The position numbers were made by a program, and so were the translations under genes. The notes under the pieces are model-generated. The model did not search any database and was not told where the DNA came from. It saw only the letters and a list, made by a program, of their open reading frames with translations. DNA of 63,511 bases, filler included, from Pelomyxa schiedti (Eukaryota; Protista; Evosea): NCBI GenBank assembly GCA_020536535.1. It is 11 parts of 11 records of this genome, joined end to end, with 100 filler letters (N's around TTAATTAATTAA, not from the genome) between each part and the next. Parts side by side here need not be neighbours in the genome. Positions count along the whole stretch, not along the records: positions 51,673 to 54,651 come from JAHLWZ010001842.1; positions 54,752 to 56,021 come from JAHLWZ010002635.1; positions 56,122 to 58,606 come from JAHLWZ010001979.1; positions 58,707 to 59,721 come from JAHLWZ010003001.1; positions 59,822 to 62,280 come from JAHLWZ010001983.1; positions 62,381 to 63,511 come from JAHLWZ010002790.1; 5 more parts are not named here. One strand, given 5' to 3'. Position 1 is the first letter of the stretch. Every line of letters begins with the position of its first letter. Shown one piece after another: positions 51,573-62,560 of the stretch.

Positions 51573-53077
51573 NNNNNNNNNNNNNNNNNNNNNNNNNNNN
51601 NNNNNNNNNNNNNNNNTTAATTAATTAANNNNNNNNNNNNNNNNNNNNNNNNNNNNNNNNNNNNNNNNNNNNTTGACTGTGATTGGTCACTGGGTTGGGT
51701 GGTACCCCACAGTTATGGAAACAACAGTGCTCAAGGCGCTTACTTTCTGACCAATCACAGTCAAGGTCACCCCGACCAGAACTGACTCAGGACCCTGATC
51801 TCCCATCACACACACAATAGCACTGACGTCACCATCACTCCAAGCACGAATCACCCACAACACAGACGATAACAAGAATTAAGAGAATCCCTTATCCCTT
51901 TCGTACGATTGGTTCGTAGTCCTGCAGGGTACACTGCACCCCTTCATCCCTACATAACAAGGCCTGTTGTTGTTAGGATGGAAAAAATCTCAGCTATCCA
52001 TGTTGTGCAACAACCAAAGCAGACTGTGTTTTCTTCAGAAGTTTTAGCCAAACCCTTTTCCCTGTCTCACGGAGGCAGGGGCACGAGGGGCATAAGCTTG
52101 ATTGACTTCACATCACCATACACATCGACCAGAACATAGAGGGGCCTGTCAGTGGGCATCACAGGGTAGTCCCTCTCCTCCATCTCCCCCCAGTCCCTCC
52201 CGGTGTGCCACAGCCAACCGCGGGTCCAACGATATCCTGAACAGATCCCCCCTGCTTGGCCTCCAGCCCCAGCCTCCTCACGGTCTCACTGGCGAGGGTC
52301 TCAGGCATGGCGTTGGTGTTGGCAGGCAGCAGGGTGCCTCGCAAACCGCAGGGAGAGGCCGCCGGCCCCTGTGCAGAGGTTCCATTTGAGTGTCGGGGGG
52401 ACTTCGATGAGACGGATATAAGCTGTTGTTGGCTGTGCTGCTGCCAACACTGCTAATTGTGGTGCCACCTGTGCTGTTGCTCATTGTGCAATTTGAATTG
52501 CCCAGACTGCTACTTGTGCAACCTGTACTAATGCTCAAGACTGCGTTGTCACCCACATTAATGGCCATGTTGCCACAAGTGCCACCCCACAACTACATTG
52601 GTAAACAACAACACCAGTACCACTGTTGCACACCCCAAGCCACAGCACCGTCAGATCTGATCAAGTTCAAAAGTCTTTGTGATGGAAGGAAGTGATTGCA
52701 AACATGTCAATCAGATGAGTGGCACTCATTCCCTACATGCCAAAAGACTCATGTGTGTGCTTCTGTGGGATGTAGTTCGTTGTGTGACAGCAAAGCAGAG
52801 AACAAGAACGAGATCAAGAAAGGATTCTATTATTTGTTCGTTTTGATTTATGAGGTTTGGGTCGTGATTCTAAGGTCGGAGTGTGTCGGGCTTACAAGGA
52901 CTCGAAAACGACTTGAAATCGAGGTGAACGATCAGGTAGATTTCCGCGAACTTGATTTCCTAAGACGTCAGGTCCGAGTGCTGACTCAGCAGGTCAGTCT
53001 CTCAGTCTCAGTGTTCGTGCTCGTGCTCGCAGAGAGTTTGCTTGTGTATTCTACAGAATCACACACATGTGCCTTGG

Positions 53078-53229
53078 GAACCCTGAAGCCCTCTGAATGA
53101 ACGTTGATGTCTCTCTCCATTTCTGCCTGGAACCACCCCTCATTCCACACTGGTTGTGTCGTCATGAGGGGTGGTTCCGGGCAGAAATGGAGAGAGACAT
53201 CAACATTCATTCAGAGGGCTTCAGGGTTC
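53078..53229. repeat. Long hairpin: 66-bp arms, 20-nt loop, 2 mismatches
   Basis: 53078-53143 is the reverse complement of 53164-53229. Confidence 0.93.
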
Positions 53230-54751
53230 TCTCCAAGCACATCCTGGACAACACTTGCGTAATCAGCGACCAGGTGGCCTGGAGTACCACTATCAGCCTT
53301 GACAAGAGATCTCCAGTCTCAATTGCTTGAACAACACTGAGGAATGGCCTGGCCGTTCCCACCTATTGGGGAACCCAACTTATCCCAAGTCGCCAAAAAT
53401 GTACTCCGGTGATTGGTTTTGTGAGAAGATTTCACTCTCGATTTGACAATTGTGGGTTTCGTCTTGTTCTCTGAACACGAGTTTTCTTGTGCAAATAATG
53501 AACTACACCAACAAGAAAAAACGAGCAACCAACCCAACAGCAAACAGAGAAATGGTTTGTTGGCCAAAACAAAATTGCGACGTATGACAACACCAAGGTA
53601 CCTTTTCAACTGAAGATTCAGTCTCTAATGCTCTGTAGGTAGCCACAGAACTTCCCAGCATAATAGGAGAGAAGAACCCCACTTGAAGTCAAGCAACCAT
53701 CCCAGTGCCATACGTGAGTGGAATGCAAGTGGCACAACCTTGTCCTTATGCTTCTGTTGCATTTACGTGTCTGAAGTATTACAGCAAGTACACACTCATT
53801 TGTTTCAGGGTAAAAAGAAAGCAACAAAAAGTATTTGGTGCCATCAAAATGGGGGCCCACAGATGTTCTGCCAGTTCTTCAGCTGAGCAGTGTGGAGTGA
53901 AAGAGAAACTCAGCACTCTGAGAAAACAACACCACAAGTGAAAAAACTTGCACCACCTTCGAGAGCAATAGGTTGCAGTGACTCCCGATTGTTTTCTCCC
54001 GCTGTTTTATGCGAAAAACAACTCCCTCGTTTTCGGAGTAAATTCCTAAAAAACCCTGGTTTTTTGCCGATCTCTTGGCTCTAAGCCACGCTTCTGACAT
54101 CGCCGGATCACCATGTCTTCCCAACGCTATTTGTATATTTATGACCTTGTTTCGGATAATAGACAGCGCTGGGATGCAAAGAAAACAATTTTTTTATATT
54201 TTCGAGTAAACTCCATTGGCCATCCCATAAAACGCAAACTACGAACGTTCCCATAAGTATTCCGTAGTAAAGTTTCCTGTTTAGAAAACAGGACGAGGAA
54301 GAGTGTTTTTCCGGAGTGCCTTTCTTAAATAACAAAACAAAAGAAAAGCTCAGGTGATACTTCGCTTTGCATGCGGAAGAACTGGGATCGATACCCAGCA
54401 GGGGGAATGCTGCTTCCCTGTAGTTTAGATGGTTAGAACATCTACGTTTCACCTAGCGCCGTCACTCCTCATTTATTTTTGTTCCTATTTCTGAAGGGAG
54501 GCTAGCTGCCGGTCACATTGTTGTTGTGCCGCTTTCGTGGAAAAACCGTTACGTCTTCTTCTGAAGCAGCGGGGAGATGTCAACGACGATGCTGGGGATG
54601 GTTGTGACGTACGGGCCGTTGGCACGGGAACAGATGACAGCACTTGCCTGCNNNNNNNNNNNNNNNNNNNNNNNNNNNNNNNNNNNNNNNNNNNNTTAAT
54701 TAATTAANNNNNNNNNNNNNNNNNNNNNNNNNNNNNNNNNNNNNNNNNNNN

Positions 54752-55521
54752 TTCATGAGTTATCTGAGCTCAGGGATTCATATTTTCTCCTTCTCTTGGC
54801 CTCTTCTCAAACCGGCTCTGTTGGTGCTCTCTGCTCAGCTCAAACTCGCTGGTAAGCACTTCTTTCATCACACCCACGCTCTTCTGCACCCTGATGCCAT
54901 TCCAGAGGATGCTGATGCGATTTGTAATATTGTGCTGCCTCAGTCTTGTTCTGCTCTCGCCGCAGAATCACAGCGGTTTCACCTTCAGGCTTGCTCATGC
55001 AGCCTCAGCTCCCATCATGCCGCTGTTGAAGCCCAGGTTGCTGCTGATACCTCTGATAACTATATCACTTATGCAATTCAGTTCTCTGCAAAACTGCCTT
55101 AAAATGCGAGCCTTTCCTTCCTGGATTGCAATTAGACTCTTCAGAGCGCTGGCCGTTGTGCTGTAAGGTTGGTTCTGCTTGTGGAATCACTGATCCTAAT
55201 CTCAGTGCAGATTCCAGGCTTGCCAGTTCTGGTTCCCTTGAGGGTTTGGCCATCCATGATGCCAGCTTGCTGTATTTATCTTTGGTGTGGGATTTGCATG
55301 CTTGTGCATTGCCGTATGACTTCCGCTGATTTACGGTTGCTTTCCGGCATTTCCACATGTCTCTTCTGACTCCACTCTGCTCCTCTCGTTAGCAGCACCT
55401 CAAAGTAAGAGATTGGAGATTCATTGAAATCAATCAAATCAAATCGAATCAAATTTTTGATTCTTCCTTGCGGAAAATAATCATTGGTGTTGGGTGTCAG
55501 CGACGCCGACAGGTCCTTCAT
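54752..55521 (-). pseudogene. Possible decayed restriction-like endonuclease tail of a non-LTR retrotransposon
   Basis: Spread over three frames: LIRFDLIDF..SYFEV, KDKYSKLA, LIAIQEGKARILRQF; resemblance judged by eye only. Confidence 0.25.
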
Positions 55522-56121
55522 CGTCGATGTCGATGTCGATGTCGATGTCGAGAAAGAACGGGTTGTTCAACGCAGACGGTGTTGTCGTACTCATTGCCAG
55601 TGAAGCGGGTTGTGTTGGTAGTAATGGATCGTGATCGTGAGCATTCCACGTACAGGTACAGTGCGTAGTAGGAACATAGTAGTGTTATCATCTCTGTATG
55701 TGGCGTGGTGACAGCTCTCTGAGTCTTGGAGCATGATCAGGCCTGACTTGGGGCTGAGTTGTATTCTGTGGGTAGTTCTTGGTCCAGGGCCAAACTGTGT
55801 GTTGACAGATGAGAAAGGAAACGATTTGGAGGTCGATAAGAGTCTTTGTGAGAGTCTCGAAAACATCGAATCATCACGGTGATCAAAAAGATAAGGGTTG
55901 GTGATGTGAATTAGTGCCGCGGGTAGTATCCGGCAATCGGGTTAATGTCTGCCGAACGAAGTACGGTGTCGTTAGTGTGCCGTAGTGTCCTCGTAGGTTT
56001 ACGTAAGGTCCACGAGTAAAANNNNNNNNNNNNNNNNNNNNNNNNNNNNNNNNNNNNNNNNNNNNTTAATTAATTAANNNNNNNNNNNNNNNNNNNNNNN
56101 NNNNNNNNNNNNNNNNNNNNN

Positions 56122-56560
56122 AACACCTGCCTTGGAAGCATCTGTTTCCAAGTTAAACGGTAGGGACCAATTAGGATGTCCTAATATAGGTGCTTGACAC
56201 AATTCCTTCTTCAGGTTTTCGAAAGCGAGTTGCTCCTTCCGATTCCATTGCCAATCGCCTGATAGTCTCTTTACCAGTGCGTTTGCTTTGATTGCGTAGT
56301 CCTTCACGAACATTCGATGGTAGCCTGTCATTTCCAGAAATCGTCTCAGTTCCTCAACACCTTTGGGGCCTGGAAACTGCGTAATGGCTTCCATCTTGGA
56401 AGGATCAGGTCTGATTCCTTCTTTGCTGATTATGTGACCTAGAAAGTTAATCGACTCCATACAGAAGTCACACTTGGTGTGTTTCAACCTCACACCAGCG
56501 TCGTTCAGACAATTGAAGACTTCTTGCAAATGTTGCATGTGCTCTTCAAATCTGTGTGAC
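56122..56560 (-). mobile_element. Ty3/gypsy pol fragment (RT C-terminus to RNase H start)
   Basis: KCDFCMESINFLGHIIS, RPDPSK, LRRFL, APILGHPNWSLPFNLETDAS; the YxDD region is missing. Confidence 0.9.
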
Positions 56561-57840
56561 ATGTGGCCACCACAACACATCCACTTCCTGATCTAACTCA
56601 GTTTTAACCTTTGATGAGAGTTGTAGAGGTACAATAACTTTGTAAGTCAGGACAACCCATGGCAGCCACCGCTGTGCCTGTCGCTGTCGCACCAGTCGCT
56701 GCTGCGCCTGTTGCTGCCCCTGGAATCACTCGCACCCATCACCACCACACACCACCTTGTCACCGCCATTATTCCCCTGTCGCTGTGTCTCCCCGTTAGC
56801 CAAGGACAAAACATCAACAGCCTGGCCGGTGCATCCTCCAATACCAATGCCGATTTGAAGTTTTCTCCCCAACAGACATCTGGAAACCATACATGACCAA
56901 GATCTTCCGATTGATCACCCCCCTCAAATTGCACATCCCTGGAGCACCTCACCACCCTCCAAAAGTAAGGGGGGCTGTCTACACCCTTGCTAGATATGAT
57001 GTGGTGGAACGTTGCAACAGCAGTTTCAGCCTATCGCAACCCCAATCATCACAACCCCACAAACAAAGATGGCACCAGCCCAATTTGGGAGATTGCCCTC
57101 CTCAATAAGCATATTCCAGCCCACATGAGCACACCCACTGACATCTACAGGAGTATCATGCAAGAACGACCCACCAAACCCCTACACCACAAACTTCACA
57201 CTGCCATGAACACTCCACCAACTGGCTCAATTTAGTCAAGAACCTCAACACCCCCAGAATCCCACCATCAATCCATAATCAAGCCCTCCAAGTAGCCACC
57301 TTTTTTAATGTGCCTTTTGAGTTACTCCTTCTGGTAACCATCTCCCAGATCAAAGAGTGAAGGGAAGCTGGAGCTGTAGACAAATTCCGCAAACAGGAAT
57401 TGCAACTCCAGACTTGGAAGTGAGGCCCACATGAGGCCATGCTGAGCTTTCTGGGGACAACAACCCAGTCTGTGGTCTTGGTCTTGAAGTAGATTTCGTG
57501 AGCAGCAGTGCATCCCCATACGGTCCCTGCCTCGCCCTGGGCAATGTGCTCGAAGTGGGGGGCGTTCTGCTTCTCCCAGGTGGTTCCCATAGGCTCAGTT
57601 TCGGTAATACCAGTTCGGATGAAGAAAGGTTGGTCTGAGCATCTTGGATGGCATTAATGTTGGGAGAGTTTGTGTGCTGGTTAAGTGTGGGTTCTGTTTC
57701 TTGTTTCTTGTTTCTTGTTGTGTGTTGTGTGTTGTGTTGTGTGTTGTGTGTTCTTCAGTGTGTTTGTGTCAGTGTTGGGCAAGTTATTCTGAGGGTGTTG
57801 GTGTGGGTTTGTGTTGGCCTCAGTGCAGGCAAAGGCGTTG

Positions 57841-57903
57841 GTGTTGGCGGTGTTGGCGGTGTTGGCGGTGTTGGCGGTGTTGGCGGTGTTGGCGGTGTTG
57901 GCG
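57841..57903. repeat. 9-bp tandem repeat (GTGTTGGCG)x7
   Basis: Directly visible. Confidence 0.9.
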
Positions 57904-58468
57904 TAGGCGTCGGCGTCGTCGGTGCAGGTGTATTACGTGGGCTGGTCCGGTCAGCCCTGGTGGTGAGGGGCTGGCGTCGTTGTAGGCCTCAGTGGCACAG
58001 CTGATGGCGTGGGCGCCGGCGCTGTGGGTAAACCTTCACCCCCTTCACTCGGTCTGTTGCTGCTGTTGTTCCCAACACCGCCGCTCGACGCTACACATAC
58101 GTGGGTGCCGACACCCACATCGACACCAACTGCCTTTTCTGATCGTTTTCGAAAAAACGGAGACTGGACAAATCTGTTGCTGAAGACTGAGGCAGAGTAC
58201 TGTTGTTGCTGCCCCTTTTTACTTCCCCCTATTGTTGTACTACACTGTTGTTTGTAACCGTGACTTTCCAGCCAGAACACACACCCTTCGATTAATCACG
58301 CTCCCCTGTGCTGTTTTGATAGTCTCACCCACAAGGGGACACATTTTCCTTTCGTGCCCACCACTTCCTGAAGTACTTCAGACAGCCGGCTGTTTTGCAC
58401 ATGGTTTTGATCAAAAAAAGGGCTGTTTTTACAGGAATTTGACAAAAAACAGCCGCCCTTTGATCCAG

Positions 58469-58606
58469 AAGATATGCCCGACGAGGACGTTCCACGTGGA
58501 GTGGGTGCGATGCATGGGGATCGTGATGATCGTGGCATGCAACGTGGGGATACCGTGGTACGGCGGCGGTTTCATCGGCGTCGACGTCCTGTTCGTGACT
58601 GCTGGA
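58469..58606 (+). CDS. Acyltransferase-3 (OafA-like) N-terminal exon, cut by spacer
   Basis: RTFHVEWVRCMGIVMIVACNVGIPWYGGGFIGVDVLFVTAG matches the family's GG(F/Y)xGVDxFFVxSG motif. Confidence 0.7.
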
Positions 58607-58872
58607 NNNNNNNNNNNNNNNNNNNNNNNNNNNNNNNNNNNNNNNNNNNNTTAATTAATTAANNNNNNNNNNNNNNNNNNNNNNNNNNNNNNNNNNNNNN
58701 NNNNNNAGGCAGGGGCCATTTTTCATCCCCTGTACGTGTATTATAAGGTGGGAACAATCCTTCCCAAGGGTTAGGTCTGGCGAACTTCCTTCCAGCCAGG
58801 ATATTAGATGACAATTTATTGTTAGTGTATCTCCATTATTTAATGTTGGTCTGGTTTACTTGGGAGGTATGG

Positions 58873-59721
58873 TCAGATTCTGTTTGCCTGACTCATGGCT
58901 CTATCATATGCCTCTTGAGCCTCCACTGGGTGATCTGCCACCCATCTAGGGCACTGGTACTTGGCGTGGGTGGGCCTCTGCTTGCACATAGGGCATGGTT
59001 CTGGGCATGACTTCCATCCGTGCCCTGTTTGGTTGCAACTCCAGCATTGGCCCAGCCGAGGCCCTCTCCCTTGGAATCTCTGTCTTGGACGTGCATACGT
59101 TGTTGTGTCCTGCAATGGTTGGGCTGGAACCTGCTGGATAATAAATGGTGGCTGATACCCGGGGTTTGTAATCACTGGGTAGGCAACGGCAACATTGGGC
59201 TGCTGGTGCCTCCTAGAACTGGCACTGCTTGTGGGATTGGTGCCTGACATTGGGCGATGGTGTGGGGGAACCCAACCCTTGTGCTCATTGTTGCGGGTGT
59301 GTATAGTTGGGTCTCACTTGGTGCTGCCATTTGGGGCATGCTGCTGCGTGGGTCCTGGACTTGTGCCATCTGGCTTGTTGGGGGTGTCATCATCTGTTGG
59401 CTAAGGGATGGGGTATTGGTGGTGGTGAAGCACTGTGCATTGGTGAGAAGTATGCGCAGCTCCTCTGCCTTGGCCTTCTGCTTGTCCAATTGTTCTGCCA
59501 GCCTGTCTATTATGCCTTCTATTGCCTCCATCTTCTCTCTGATCTCAGTCTCACGCCTTTCCTGTCCTGTGGTTCGGGGTTTCTTATCCCTGCCTTCTTG
59601 TTGTTGGGCTGGTGTCCAGCAGGCGGCACGCTTGCCCCTCTTCTCATACTCCCCATCCTGTTCCTCCTCTTCCAGCTCCCCTTGAGTGATGAATGCGTTG
59701 GCCCTGTTCCCTTGTTGTGTG
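58873..59721 (-). mobile_element. Gag C-terminus with two zinc knuckles, split over two frames
   Basis: CWSCNQTGHGWKSC (CX2CX4HX4C), then CPMCKQRPTHAKYQC; coiled-coil segment upstream. Confidence 0.7.
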
Positions 59722-60124
59722 NNNNNNNNNNNNNNNNNNNNNNNNNNNNNNNNNNNNNNNNNNNNTTAATTAATTAANNNNNNNNNNNNNNNNNNNNNNN
59801 NNNNNNNNNNNNNNNNNNNNNCCGCGTCGCGGAACCTGCCCATGAGCTTGACCCTGTTTTGTTTGTGTAGATCCGTTCCCACCTTCAACGTCGCCTGTCC
59901 CATCCAATGTACTACCGGTGTCGCTGCCATCCTCCCCAAGATCTTTTTTTTTGTTTTTGTGTTTGTTTTTTTTCTTAGTGTTTTTGATTCTTCTTGAAGG
60001 GTTTTTCGGCCGATCTTCTGTGAAGGGCCGATGCAGAACCTAGCAACTCCGTGTGCCTGTGGTTTTCCCCACGGCCGCACATCGCCGTTTTTCTTCTCAG
60101 TAACTATTCACACAACGGTGACGA

Positions 60125-60501
60125 ATGTCATCCGATAAACCGGTGTCACCGACCCACAACGACCCTGCCGCCAGCGTCGTCGAAGTGTCAGAGCCACCCC
60201 ATTGGCTTGGACACGTCACCACTCGGCAGCGCCTGTGGGCCCGAGACCAGACGTGCGACCTGCTGCTGGCCTCGCACCCTGGGTGCTGGGGAGCCACAGG
60301 CTGCTCGTCGTCGGCGCTGGGGCGGTGCGCGCGGGGGTCGGGCGGGCGGGACGTGCACGGCTGAGCGGCGGTGCTGGGAATCTCGATGACCGTGCTTGGA
60401 ATGACATGTGTCTCGAGTCCATGTCATCGGTACTAGATAGTGTGTGTGCTGGGACGTGGGGGTGTGTGGCGAGTGAGTGGAGGTGGTCATCATCATCTTG
60501 A
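60125..60501 (+). pseudogene. Remnant carrying an orphan-family N-terminal motif
   Basis: WARDQTCDLLLASHPGC resembles DQFVALASS of family 2; stop soon after. Confidence 0.3.
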
Positions 60502-61725
60502 TCATGATCATGGCGCCGAATGCTACTGCCGGACAACTCAATGGATTGCCATTTTATACCATTGTAGAAGATTGTATTATGAACTCTTTGGGGAAAAGCG
60601 AGCTTTCGTACTTTTCTTTGTCAGAATACAATGGGTGTCCTGTGTGGAAAAAGCGTGGGTGGCGACTACAGGTGGTGTACTGGTGGGGAATTATTTAATC
60701 ATTAAATTGCTACCAACCGTTTGCCCACTAAAGTTGCACTGTAGAGGGTAAGTTTTTGGTTTTGGTAATATGTGCATCGTTTGATAAGCAGGCACAGAAC
60801 TCCTGCATGCTGGTTTATTGCCTTCGCAATCAGATTTTGAAATCCATCCCATGCATGCTGGAAAAAGAAGGTGGGAATACAAAGTCGGATCTGATCCTTG
60901 GTTTTTAGTGCCACATATAATTGTATAAAGACAGGGGAATGCATTAGTCAACGATACCAGCTTTTTCCTTTTGCTTTGTGTGGCACAAGTTACAGTAGTA
61001 GTAAATAATACAGTGGCACGGAGCCACCTCACTATCCCCGTTCTTTTCCGTCGGTGCCAATGACTACAGCAAACACACCACACTGTGGGTGTGAGTGTGA
61101 CTGTCTGCGATGGATGGAGGGTTGTTGTTGTAACATGGGTGCTGTCGGTTTCAAGTTGATGCTCTGGTGGAGTCGCCGCCATGTGTTGTCACCCTGGTTA
61201 CTACTAATCTAGTAAAAAGAAGGTAGGCTGAGACTCAGCTGTGGAAGCCTGACTGGGGGACTGCACCACAGGAGGAGGGCCAAGTGTTGGAAGACTCAAG
61301 GAGGAAACTGGACCCAAACAAGATGCAATCCTGTCCCACAAGTACATCCCACAAAAAAAACTGGAGTACTTTTGAGTAGCTCGAGAGAAACAAAACTGGG
61401 AACACTCCCCCAAAAAGGTTGCAATGAACATTGCATTGAAGTGATATAAGACCACATCTTTGGCATTCAATGAGTGTCTCAATGACTCTTGACCTTTATT
61501 GGCAACAAATCCACACACAAAGAAACATGGTTTTTGCAGAAAAACTTTTTTCCTTCTTAAAAAAACAACCAACCTAACGAAAAGAGTGTCATTTTCATTA
61601 TCTTCATACATCCATTGCACGGATTTTTGGTTCATCATACAAACTGCTAAAAGAGAAGCTATCTCATCCATTATGAACACTGACGGACACAATGAAGGAA
61701 GCAGTTTGTTTCCTGCATAGAGACG

Positions 61726-61978
61726 GCAAGGTGTGGAACCTAGCCTGGACTACGGTGCCCAACTTTGTAAGTTGCCCGCTCGGCACCCAGGGGTGAAGCG
61801 AGAAGCGGCACGTGGGCAGGTGCCCTCCGGGACCAAGCCCCGGCTGGATCCGCGCGCCACGTCGGTGACATAAAGTGACCAGGAAGGGGACGCAAGGAAA
61901 CGGGCGGAGCAAGGCGCGGAACCTAGCCTTGACTACGGTGCCCAACTTTGTAAGTTGCCCGCTCGGCACCCAGGGGTG
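61726..61978. repeat. Two 70-bp direct repeats (61726-61795, 61909-61978), 67/70 identical
   Basis: GCAAGG(T/C)G(T/C)GGAACCTAGCCT(G/T)GACTACGGTGCCCAACTTTGTAAGTTGCCCGCTCGGCACCCAGGGGTG. Confidence 0.92.
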
Positions 61979-62380
61979 CCTTGGGATACCTGGAATGAGG
62001 GGCTATCTCGTCCAGGGCGGCACTTAGGAGAAGCTCAGGGCACTGTGCGTTTTTCCAGGCTACTGTGTGGGGTATCCCAACCAATTACCCAATGAGATTA
62101 TCCAAGGCAACCACCAAGTAGAAAAACCAACATTTTGAAGAGTTGAGTTTCCACAAAGATTTTTTTTGTTGTGTTGACACAGGGTAATGTGTTGTTCCTC
62201 TAATTGCTAGATACACTCATGTTATATCACAATGTTGGAGTTGCTTGGTGTTGGGGATGAGGATGAGGATGGGGAGGGTGNNNNNNNNNNNNNNNNNNNN
62301 NNNNNNNNNNNNNNNNNNNNNNNNTTAATTAATTAANNNNNNNNNNNNNNNNNNNNNNNNNNNNNNNNNNNNNNNNNNNN

Positions 62381-62560
62381 GAGGAGCTCCGCTCTGATGA
62401 GGATGATGAGGACGAGGATGAGGAAGAGGACGAGGGGGCTGAAGAAGAGACGGACAAGGAGCAAAAAAAGAAGGATGAGGATGACAAGGAAAAGGAGAAG
62501 AAAACTAACGGCAGTATCATTAGAACCACTTCTGGGGCTGGGAGCATGGACATGGAATAA
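62381..62560 (+). CDS. Acidic/lysine-rich C-terminal exon of an unidentified gene
   Basis: EELRSDEDDEDEDEEEDEGAEEETDKEQKKKDEDDKEKEKK...MDME*. Confidence 0.4.
   Translation, partial: EELRSDEDDEDEDEEEDEGAEEETDKEQKKKDEDDKEKEKKTNGSIIRTTSGAGSMDME

Noticed and set aside
61204-61692. Helicase Walker B (VFIMDE)
   Set aside because: No Walker A or other motifs nearby
61828-61850. Twister ribozyme (CCGGGACCAAGCCCCGG resembles P4/L4)
   Set aside because: Could not place the UAA cleavage loop, P1/P2 or T1 partner; HDV-like L3 also absent
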